64,000 nucleotides of DNA from contig OZ246418.1 of NCBI GenBank assembly GCA_965231155.1, forward strand, positions 42,266 to 106,265, read 5' to 3'. The DNA comes from an uncultured Candidatus Saccharibacteria bacterium (GTDB lineage: Bacteria > Patescibacteriota > Minisyncoccia > UBA6257 > 2-01-FULL-56-20). A program made the translations under genes and the position numbers. The notes below the pieces were generated by a model, which was given only the letters and a program-made list of their open reading frames with translations, was not told the DNA's origin and ran no database searches. How positions within the stretch are numbered: the first letter of the stretch is position 1; the number at the start of each line of letters is the position of its first letter. This document shows, piece after piece, positions 56,878 through 64,000 of the stretch.

Positions 56878-58188
56878 ATGGCACAAGAAAACACTGCGGT
56901 TCAAGACGCTGGAGCTTCCCCAATGGAAGCGGATCTTCGAAACATTCCCATTGATCTCATCGATCCAGATCCTCGTCAACCCCGCACCGACTTCGACGAA
57001 GAAGCCCTAAATGCGCTGGCCGAGAACATAGAGGCAGTAGGGGGCTTACTCCAAACCGTTGTAGTTCGTCCATCACCTACTGATCCGGGTCGCTTCATGC
57101 TGATCGGTGGCGAACGGCGATACCGTGCTTCGAAAAAAGCCGGGTCAAGCACTCTTCCTTGCATCGTCCGGCAGGGCGATAGGATTCCCTTCGTCATGTC
57201 TATGGTTGAGAACATGCTCCGGGCAAGTCTCAACCCCATCGAAGAGGCGCGCGCCTTTAGACGATGCCACGACGAGTATGGGATGTCGTATCACGAGATT
57301 GACCGAACTTTCAAATTCAAACGAAAGAAATCGGAAAACGTGGTGCGCCTTCTGGAACTGCCGGAAGAAATTCAGCAAATGGTGGAGAACGGCACATTGC
57401 CGCCAAGCTATGCGCTGGGTTTACATCAGTACGCTGAAACCCGAGACGTCGTCGCCATGGCCTACGCCCTTGCCGATGGACGTGATCCCGGGGTTGTCTT
57501 GCCAAAACGGAAGACAAAATATGTTAAAGGTGAGCCGAAACCAACGGAGTTTCGAGAGTATTTCCTGTTAGCCAAACAGAGTGATCGTGTGAGAAGACTC
57601 GCCGATGCACTTCTGGCACACGACACAGGGATACAGCGTCGGGCGTGGATGAAGAACTCACGCACGAGCAGAACGAACCTTCAACTCAATCTTCGTGCCA
57701 TGGCAATTGCCTTCGGGCAAATGACTGCTCGACTCGAAGATCTCGAGAAACCATCAACAGTAACGTTCTCGCCTGCGTCAGAAGCCAAGTCGAGCCCTCT
57801 TACTCGGCCGACAACTCCGCCCAAGAAACCGACGCAGGAAAAATGGTTACCTCTCCCGGACGAAAGCACCTTCGAAAAAATCGCTGGAGTAATTCGATTG
57901 GTCTCCTTTGATCGCAGGGGAGGTAGACTTGCCTACCTGAGCGAAGAACGTCTCAAGCGGAAGGGATGCTCACCGGAACTCCTCCTCGAAGCCTTACGAG
58001 TTTTTCGAGATCAGTGGAATCGAGAACCGGCCACAGGGAATACTCAGGTAGAACGAGAATTCCTGGGGTTTCTCAAGGGAACTCGCGAAAATTCCGGGTG
58101 TAACCAGTTTTTCAGTTTTATCGGAAAACTCAGAGATCTAGATACCTCCGAAGATCCAGTTCCTCTGAGCCCCCTATCAGACGACTAA
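56878..58188 (+). CDS. ParB/Srx-domain protein with long Pro/Thr/Arg-rich C-terminal extension (GC-rich gene)
   Basis: LIDPDPRQPR...LLQTVVVRP...LIGGERRYRASKKAG: ParB N-terminal domain with GERRxRA motif. RBS AGGGAGG 7 nt upstream of ATG at 56878. Codon usage distinctly GC-rich. Confidence 0.65.
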   Translation: MAQENTAVQDAGASPMEADLRNIPIDLIDPDPRQPRTDFDEEALNALAENIEAVGGLLQTVVVRPSPTDPGRFMLIGGERRYRASKKAGSSTLPCIVRQGDRIPFVMSMVENMLRASLNPIEEARAFRRCHDEYGMSYHEIDRTFKFKRKKSENVVRLLELPEEIQQMVENGTLPPSYALGLHQYAETRDVVAMAYALADGRDPGVVLPKRKTKYVKGEPKPTEFREYFLLAKQSDRVRRLADALLAHDTGIQRRAWMKNSRTSRTNLQLNLRAMAIAFGQMTARLEDLEKPSTVTFSPASEAKSSPLTRPTTPPKKPTQEKWLPLPDESTFEKIAGVIRLVSFDRRGGRLAYLSEERLKRKGCSPELLLEALRVFRDQWNREPATGNTQVEREFLGFLKGTRENSGCNQFFSFIGKLRDLDTSEDPVPLSPLSDD

Positions 58189-58212
58189 AACCCTCATCGT
58201 GAGGGTTTTTTA
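58188..58212. terminator. Rho-independent terminator shared by convergent ParB-like and sigma54-activator genes
   Basis: AAAACCCTCA-tcg-TGAGGGTTTT followed by TTATT. Begins at the ParB-like stop codon. Confidence 0.8.
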
Positions 58213-58240
58213 TTACTGAAAATAAAAATCCGTCATAAGG

Positions 58241-59206
58241 TTATGACGGAAGTTGAACTGGTGAACCGCTACTTTGATACTCACTCAAACGGTTATAAAG
58301 AGTCTTCAAAGAAATTCCCAGGCTTGCTGATGCCGCTTGCTTATTGCCTTTATGGTATTCAAGCGCTGCCAAGATGTGTTCTCTCTCGATATCAACCAGC
58401 GGGCGCGGGGTATGAGATGGTGCAAGTTGATTCTTAACCGGAGAGCCTCCTCGAACACGATCCGGAATATGCTCAAGACCAACTTCCCTTTCAGAAAGTA
58501 CGGTTGCCCGCTCCATAACGTTCAGCAGCTCCCGAACATTGCCGGGCCAGCTGTAACGCAGGAGATGAGTCAAGGCATCCTTGGCGATAGTCTTCCGATA
58601 GATCTCGAGTCTGTTCCTGATCAAGACTTCAATATCTTCTGGACGATCGCGCAACGCAGGCATGGTCAGATCGAGAACGCTCAGACGATAAAAGAGATCT
58701 TCTCGGAACGTTTGTTCTCGGACCATTTTCCACAGATCCCGATTTGTTGCTGCAATAATACGAACATCGGTCTTCTGCGCCTGATCGCTGCCCAAGGCGA
58801 AAATCTCACCATTATCTAGGAAGCGAAGTAGCTTTGATTGAAGCGACAAGGACAACTCCCCTATCTCTTCCAACAAAACCGTACCCCCATTAGCAGTCAT
58901 CAATACTCCTGGCCTATTTTCTAACGCTCCGGTGAACGACCCTCGAGTATGACCAAAAGCCATGGAATGCCAGAGATCTTCTTGGTGGATATATGTTCCA
59001 TCAACCACGGCCAGTGATTTGTGCTCTTGCCCTCGAGGACTTTTTTCGTGGATAAACTGAGCCAGTGCGGACTTGCCTGTGCCCGTTTCTCCGCCAATCA
59101 GTATGACACTACCAGTTTGAGCAAAACGTTCTGCTCGTGCCAAAGCTTCCTGCATGAGACGACTCGCCGCAACCCATTTCATATGAACTCCCCTCTCATC
59201 GAACAA
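58241..59206 (-). CDS. Sigma-54-dependent transcriptional activator, AAA+ core plus Fis-type HTH, no sensory/receiver domain (PspF-like)
   Basis: GETGTGKSALAQ Walker A, GSFTGAL (GAFTGA equivalent), GTVLLEEIGEL Walker B, RIIAATN, FREDLFYRL, WPGNVREL, C-terminal ASLGISLKTLYNRL HTH. Probable true start at internal MKWVAASR (59182). Confidence 0.85.
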   Translation of the reverse strand: MFDERGVHMKWVAASRLMQEALARAERFAQTGSVILIGGETGTGKSALAQFIHEKSPRGQEHKSLAVVDGTYIHQEDLWHSMAFGHTRGSFTGALENRPGVLMTANGGTVLLEEIGELSLSLQSKLLRFLDNGEIFALGSDQAQKTDVRIIAATNRDLWKMVREQTFREDLFYRLSVLDLTMPALRDRPEDIEVLIRNRLEIYRKTIAKDALTHLLRYSWPGNVRELLNVMERATVLSEREVGLEHIPDRVRGGSPVKNQLAPSHTPRPLVDIEREHILAALEYHKGNKQAASASLGISLKTLYNRLSEYQSSGSPVQLPS

Positions 59207-59287
59207 CTGCCTCTATCTAAGAGGAAATACTTTCTCCTGTCAAACACAAAGAGTCACTCAGTGTCGATATCGTTGCAAGTCTCAAAA

Positions 59288-59470
59288 ACCGTCTCGTTTG
59301 TCTCATTTTTACCCGACCAAGGTGGGTCAGCAACTCCCCTGTTCCTACCCAAAAAACCCTTACACTGATTGAAAGTTCCCAGTACTAGACCAAGGAACAC
59401 AGTAACTGAGCGAGAGCGAAGGAGTACTGAGGTTAGTAGGCCGAATGTGCCACCTTGAGATAGGTTTCCA
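59288..59470 (+). repeat. Leader repeat copy 2 (W-X-Z modules with a ~45-nt insertion) upstream of gene 59515
   Basis: gtctcgtttgtctcattttt...gggtcag...aacccttacactgattgaaagttcccagtactagaccaaggaacacag...ccaccttgagataggtt; compare 53617-53756. Confidence 0.5.
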
Positions 59471-59514
59471 GTGCTTCTATTCGGGAACGGGCTCTTCTAA
59501 ACTATAATGGAAGA

Positions 59515-59784
59515 ATGAAAGAAACTGCCAAATCATTCCCTGATGCAGAAATGAACCCCCGTCAAAAAGATTCTCAGGGGTTAGACTTCTGGGCTACCAG
59601 CCTACTCGAAAACAACCTTATTAGTAAAAGGGAATATGACGAGTTCATCGAAAAAAATAATTCGAAGGAAAAAATGATGGAAGAGAGAAGGTTGCCCCAG
59701 CTCAAACACTATGGAGAATTTACTTCGACCGAACAAATAAGAAAAAAGATTAGACCGCAAGAGGAAGAAAAATTTATTATATGA
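59515..59784 (+). CDS. Hypothetical small charged protein
   Basis: 89-aa Lys/Glu-rich ORF behind leader repeat copy 2. Confidence 0.3.
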   Translation: MKETAKSFPDAEMNPRQKDSQGLDFWATSLLENNLISKREYDEFIEKNNSKEKMMEERRLPQLKHYGEFTSTEQIRKKIRPQEEEKFII

Positions 59785-59895
59785 TGCACCTCAAAGAAAA
59801 ATGGAGAGATCAAAAGACTAATCGACGCAAACCTAGATGAAGTTTGCGACTTCGCAGACAAACTTCCTGGTGGATTTGAATATTGGGATGTCGAG

Positions 59896-60246
59896 GTGAA
59901 AGAATTCGTCAAAAGTATTGCAGCTGGCACGATCATTGTCTCCCCAAACGGCAGGACAATAATTGAAACGTGGCATGGTCCACATTATCTGAATACTACA
60001 AATGTTCCAAAGTATCATGCCGAGTTTGATCCCGATCAATTCCATATGCACTTTAATTGGAAAGGGCCAGAAGAAGCTCGTGATCTGCCCGAGATGCAGA
60101 ACTATGCCTTAAAAGCATTGCGCTATTTTTTCCGGCATCTAAAACCAAGAGAGAACGAACCTATATACGCAGAGTATGGAGTGAAAGCTAGTGGGGAGAT
60201 TTATTTTATTGAAGCAAACGACTCCTCCTTGTTAACTGGAAAATAA
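59896..60246 (+). CDS. Hypothetical protein
   Basis: 116-aa ORF. No motif. Confidence 0.3.
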   Translation: MKEFVKSIAAGTIIVSPNGRTIIETWHGPHYLNTTNVPKYHAEFDPDQFHMHFNWKGPEEARDLPEMQNYALKALRYFFRHLKPRENEPIYAEYGVKASGEIYFIEANDSSLLTGK

Positions 60247-60287
60247 AACTGAACGGCCAAGATGGGGCAACTTCTCTCCCTAATCTC

Positions 60288-60776
60288 CTAACCCCGACGG
60301 GCTGCGTCTATGGTAGCGACGTCAATCTTCTTCATTGTCATCATCGCTTTAAATGCACGTTCTGTTGCTGCGCCACCAACAGCGAGAGCTTCAATAAGCG
60401 TTCGTGGAGTAATCTGCCAGGATACTCCCCAACGATCCTTACACCACCCACACGCACTCTCCTGTCCACCGTTTCCAACAATTGCATTCCAGTAGCGATC
60501 TGTTTCCTCCTGATTATCAGTAGCGATCTGGAAAGAAAATGCTTCACTTTGTTTAAACGCTGGTCCGCCGTTCAGACCAATACAGGGAATTCCACAGACC
60601 GTGAAATCCACCGTGAGCGCGTCGCCTTTCTTGCCATCCGGGAAATCACTGGGTGCATAAAAAACAGCGTTCACCTTACTATCAGGAAAAGTCGCCGCGT
60701 AAAAGTTTGCCGCTGCTTCCGCATCCTTATCAAACCAGAGACAGATCGTGTTTTTAGGTATTTGATTCATATGCAA
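60288..60776 (-). CDS. VOC-superfamily (PhnB/3-demethylubiquinone-9 3-methyltransferase-like glyoxalase fold) protein
   Basis: ICLWFDKDAEAAANFY...GDALTVDFTV...RWGVSWQI pattern typical of PhnB-like VOC proteins. Confidence 0.65.
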   Translation of the reverse strand: MHMNQIPKNTICLWFDKDAEAAANFYAATFPDSKVNAVFYAPSDFPDGKKGDALTVDFTVCGIPCIGLNGGPAFKQSEAFSFQIATDNQEETDRYWNAIVGNGGQESACGWCKDRWGVSWQITPRTLIEALAVGGAATERAFKAMMTMKKIDVATIDAARRG

Positions 60777-60864
60777 CTATCTTAACGCACCCCCGAATAG
60801 CTCACAAATAAAAATCCCACCATCGGATTCTTCCTTTGGTGGGATTGGATAAATTGTTTTGTAC

Positions 60865-61500
60865 TCACAGAAGGAAGGCGCCTCCCCTAGCCTTCTCTTC
60901 GCTGGTCATCCAAGCGTCGTAGGCAGCTGCGACACAACCGTCGACAACCATGCCAGCGATCATCTTGTCATACCAAGACTGAACGCCAGAACAAGCGACG
61001 ACCAAACCACTACGCTTCACCCCTCCCCAGAAAGGTGTGTCGCCGGGGAAGAGGAGATGCGGCATGACGTCGGTACGGTCGTCATTCCGATCGTGCCAGA
61101 GCTGAAGCGCCTTACAACGAGCGATATCGCTATAGGGGTGCTCCCACTCCTTCGGGTTACCGAACGAGCGCTCGTAAAGCGCCATCGGCTCGATGACGTA
61201 GTTCGGCCACTTCGGATAATCTCCAGCCCGATCATTTTCCATCGAGGGAACAAGAATCACAACGTGGCAGTGTTGCCGTTTCGGACCGAAGGGGCTGGGT
61301 CGACTCTCGGTACCCATGGCCAACCTCAGAACCTCCTCGACGACAACCTCCGCAACCTCTCGGTTGAGGAACCGAGGAACAAGCTTACCGGACATACAGC
61401 TCCTTTCAATCACTCCCAGATCCTGAGAGTTACTAATTAATTTTATAATACACAAATAAACATTTGTCAATTCTGAAAGACGCGGAGTTTTCTCCCTCAC
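60865..61500 (-). CDS. Hypothetical protein (GC-rich)
   Basis: 211-aa ORF with GC-rich codon usage. No recognisable motif. Start uncertain (several internal Met). Confidence 0.3.
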   Translation of the reverse strand: MREKTPRLSELTNVYLCIIKLISNSQDLGVIERSCMSGKLVPRFLNREVAEVVVEEVLRLAMGTESRPSPFGPKRQHCHVVILVPSMENDRAGDYPKWPNYVIEPMALYERSFGNPKEWEHPYSDIARCKALQLWHDRNDDRTDVMPHLLFPGDTPFWGGVKRSGLVVACSGVQSWYDKMIAGMVVDGCVAAAYDAWMTSEEKARGGAFLL

Positions 61501-61594
61501 TCTAATTTATCCTTGTATAAATTTGGATACTTTTCTGGAAATAGTCTGAAATATTTTCCATCCTACGTGTTAAAGTTATTGTATATTTAGTTAA

Positions 61595-61831
61595 ATGAGC
61601 AAAATGCACATCCTTCCTCCAGATCTCAAAAAAGCTATTCAGTCGAATAAAAAAGTAAAAAATCTTTGGGAAGATATCACACCGCTCGCTCGCAATGAAT
61701 GGATCTGCTGGGTGACTTCGGGGAAAAAATCTGAAACGCGAAATATACGAATTGCAAAAGCGCTCTCTAAAATGCAGACGGGTATGCGTCGTCCTTGTTG
61801 TTGGGCAGGTTGTCCGCATCGAAATACTTAA
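61595..61831 (+). CDS. YdeI/OmdA-family small protein
   Basis: WEDITPLARNEWICWVTSGKKSETRNIRIAKA matches the YdeI/OmpD-associated C-terminal domain pattern (NEWI.WV.SAKK.ETR..RI). Confidence 0.55.
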   Translation: MSKMHILPPDLKKAIQSNKKVKNLWEDITPLARNEWICWVTSGKKSETRNIRIAKALSKMQTGMRRPCCWAGCPHRNT

Positions 61832-61892
61832 AAAATAACCTGTGCGGAAAATAAAAGATTTCATATGACTTGAGTTGCGGTATACTTAATCT

Positions 61893-63608
61893 ATGAATCT
61901 CAGCGTATTCGCCGAAATTGGAATACTGATCAGCATCGCCACCCTCGTTTCTCTCTTGATGCGGTTGTTGCGACAACCACTCATCATCGGACACATCTTT
62001 ACCGGACTCCTCGTTGGTAGTTTTGCCCTAGAACTTTTTGATAGCACCGAAACCTTAGAACTTTTTAGTCAGCTCGGTATCGCCTTCCTATTATTTAGCG
62101 TTGGCCTCACCCTGAATCCAAAAATACTACGCGATTACGGCAAAGCCTCTCTCGTTACGGGGTTCGGTCAGGTCCTTCTCACCGGCAGTGTTGGTATCAT
62201 CGCCTGCCTCCTACTAGGGTTCAACTGGATAACTTCTCTGTATGTTGGTGTCGCCCTGGCTTTCTCGAGCACCGTTATCGTCCTTAAACTTCTTTCAGAT
62301 AAGGGCGATCTGGACAAGCTCTATGTAAAACTTTCGATCGGCTCACTCCTCCTCCAAGACATCATTGCTATTGTTCTTCTGTTTATTATTCCTTTTATTA
62401 CCGGCTCTCAAGGAAGTGGCTTTGAACTCATACGAACAATTGGCTTGGGAGTGACGACTGGTTTTGGAGTCTTCCTCTTCGCTCATTACATTATCCGCCA
62501 CCTTCATTCTTACCTCACCCGCTCACAAGAACTACTCTTTTTATTTGCCAACGCCTGGGGCATGGGCGTCGCCGCCTTATTCGCACAAGTTGGCTTCTCT
62601 CTCGAAGGTGGTGCCTTGATTGCCGGTGTGGCTCTTTCCACACTCCCGAGTCGCCATGAAATTAGTGCTCGACTGGCGCCACTCCGCGACTTCTTCATTG
62701 TCGCTTTCTTCATTCTCCTCGGCACACGAATGGTGGTCGGAAACTTCAGCGAGATCCTCGTCCCGGCGCTCATCCTCTCTGCGTTTGTTCTTATCGTGAA
62801 TCCCTTGCTCCAGTTAATTGTTATGGGAGCTCTTGGATATCGTCGAAAGACAAGTTTCCAAACTGGAATGATGGCTGCGCAGATCAGCGAGTTCTCGCTT
62901 ATCCTCATTGCACTCGGTGTTTCTCTTGGTCAGGTCGCACCGGCCGTTCTCTCGATGGTAACGCTCGTTGGACTCATCACAATTTTCATCTCCAGTTATC
63001 TCATTCTATATTCCGATATCCTCTACCGTTACGTCGCTCCCTACCTCCGCATCTTCGAACGTAAAGGATTATCTGCTGAACGTTCTCCTCGTACCAAGGC
63101 CTACGCCGCACTCCTTATAGGAAGTAATCGTATTGGTTTTGATTTCATTAAACTCTTCAAGGAAAGAAAACTAAGATTCTTGGTTCTTGATCATGATCCA
63201 GAAGTCATCGGCCAACTCGCTCATGAAAAAATAGCGCACGAGTATGGTGATGCGCAGGATCCTGATTTACTCGAAGAACTAAAAATTCACAAAACGAAAC
63301 TGGTTGTCTCGACCATCCCCGACCTCGAAACCAATCTCGTCATTCTTTCCTGTGCAAAACGGAATGGCCAGGGACCTATTGTGATGATGGTGGCTCATAG
63401 TATCTCCAACGCACTCGCACTCTATGAAGCAGGTGCTGACTATGTCATCCTTCCACACTTCCTCGGAGGAACACACGGTGCCTCGCTGGCTCGTCGGTTT
63501 GCTGAAGATGCAACCGAGATACGATCAATCAAAGTAGATCACATTAGCGATCTACAAACTCGTTTGGCTCATGGTCATGAGCATCCTCAACTTGAACGGT
63601 GGCGATAA
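61893..63608 (+). CDS. Cation:proton antiporter (CPA2/Kef-type) with C-terminal RCK/TrkA-N domain
   Basis: 12-13 TM antiporter core followed by IGSNRIGFDFIKLF Rossmann-like RCK motif. Confidence 0.8.
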   Translation: MNLSVFAEIGILISIATLVSLLMRLLRQPLIIGHIFTGLLVGSFALELFDSTETLELFSQLGIAFLLFSVGLTLNPKILRDYGKASLVTGFGQVLLTGSVGIIACLLLGFNWITSLYVGVALAFSSTVIVLKLLSDKGDLDKLYVKLSIGSLLLQDIIAIVLLFIIPFITGSQGSGFELIRTIGLGVTTGFGVFLFAHYIIRHLHSYLTRSQELLFLFANAWGMGVAALFAQVGFSLEGGALIAGVALSTLPSRHEISARLAPLRDFFIVAFFILLGTRMVVGNFSEILVPALILSAFVLIVNPLLQLIVMGALGYRRKTSFQTGMMAAQISEFSLILIALGVSLGQVAPAVLSMVTLVGLITIFISSYLILYSDILYRYVAPYLRIFERKGLSAERSPRTKAYAALLIGSNRIGFDFIKLFKERKLRFLVLDHDPEVIGQLAHEKIAHEYGDAQDPDLLEELKIHKTKLVVSTIPDLETNLVILSCAKRNGQGPIVMMVAHSISNALALYEAGADYVILPHFLGGTHGASLARRFAEDATEIRSIKVDHISDLQTRLAHGHEHPQLERWR

Positions 63609-63615
63609 CTTATCT

Positions 63616-64000
63616 ATGTTCCTCGAATTTATTGATCAGAAAACAATCTATCTCATCGCTCATATCTTCGGCGTAGCACTTGGCGCCGGCGGTGCTTTCG
63701 CGAGCGACACAATGTTTTTCAGTACCATAAAAGACGGGCGTATCCAGAAACACGAACTCCGTTTTATGAAACTGGGTGGCAGACTTGTTTGGCTGGGACT
63801 CGCAGTTCTTTTTGTCTCAGGAATACTTCTTGTTCTCACTGATCCCACTGGATATCTTTCTTCAAGCAAATTCCTGGCCAAAATCTCTATCGTTGGCGTG
63901 ATCGTCTTAAACGGCATCATCTTCCACTTCATACATATTCCCCACATTCATAATCATCTTGGTCTCAAGTTTGCCGACTCTCCCACGTTCGTAAAAAGAG
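63616..64000 (+). CDS. Membrane protein, partial (continues beyond window end)
   Basis: ATG at 63616, then MFLEFIDQKTIYLIAHIFGVALGAGGAFASD... with multiple TM segments. No stop before window end. Confidence 0.35.
   Translation, partial: MFLEFIDQKTIYLIAHIFGVALGAGGAFASDTMFFSTIKDGRIQKHELRFMKLGGRLVWLGLAVLFVSGILLVLTDPTGYLSSSKFLAKISIVGVIVLNGIIFHFIHIPHIHNHLGLKFADSPTFVKR

Noticed and set aside
61502-61864. 120-aa minus-strand ORF antisense to the YdeI/OmdA-like gene
   Set aside because: The + strand product has a recognisable family motif, while the antisense ORF is Arg/Phe-rich with no features. Likely spurious.
1-64000. CRISPR arrays or rRNA genes
   Set aside because: No regularly spaced short direct repeats with unique spacers and no rRNA-like conserved stretches were seen anywhere in the window.

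Overview
This is a low-GC (roughly 40%), tightly packed bacterial chromosomal segment. Its gene content and compact minus-strand operons are consistent with a small-genome, CPR/Patescibacteria-like lineage, but this is inference only. The core backbone includes: rnhA, a DnaQ-like exonuclease, pgk, acyP, ndh, pyrG, rplU, galT, the mreBCD-PBP2 operon, proS, rdgB, mraY-like and dacA-like genes, scpAB, and dnaX. The accessory content, in window order, is: (1) at the left edge a ThiF/E1-like, PaaK/CapK-like adenylating enzyme, membrane-protein cluster next to a nitroreductase fragment, with an embedded GmrSD-like (DUF262/DUF1524) gene; (2) three tandem ~590-aa cysteine-rich paralogs co-operonic with pgk and acyP; (3) a TraD/VirD4-like coupling ATPase; (4) a putative integrated element starting at tRNA-Gln(CTG), carrying a 1324-aa Mrr-cat/TPR protein, a large serine recombinase, two unknown genes, a highly structured intergenic RNA-like region with GNRA hairpins, a terminase-small-like HTH gene and a ParB-methyltransferase fusion; (5) a CsoR/CopB/DUF305/DUF411 copper-resistance cluster whose divergent promoter is a perfect CsoR-box palindrome; (6) immediately downstream, a cassette-like array of small unrelated genes, two with HEPN-type RNxxxH motifs, each preceded by recurring modular intergenic elements that form RBS-sequestering hairpins; one ~140-nt leader is reused upstream of a second unrelated gene 5.7 kb away; (7) a GC-rich ParB-like plus sigma54-activator (PspF-like) pair inside that array. 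The cassette array with its shared leader and hairpin modules, the Mrr-cat/TPR giant protein island, and the triplicated Cys-rich paralogs are the strongest candidates for undescribed biology. All calls are from reading the sequence and translated ORFs; no database search was possible.
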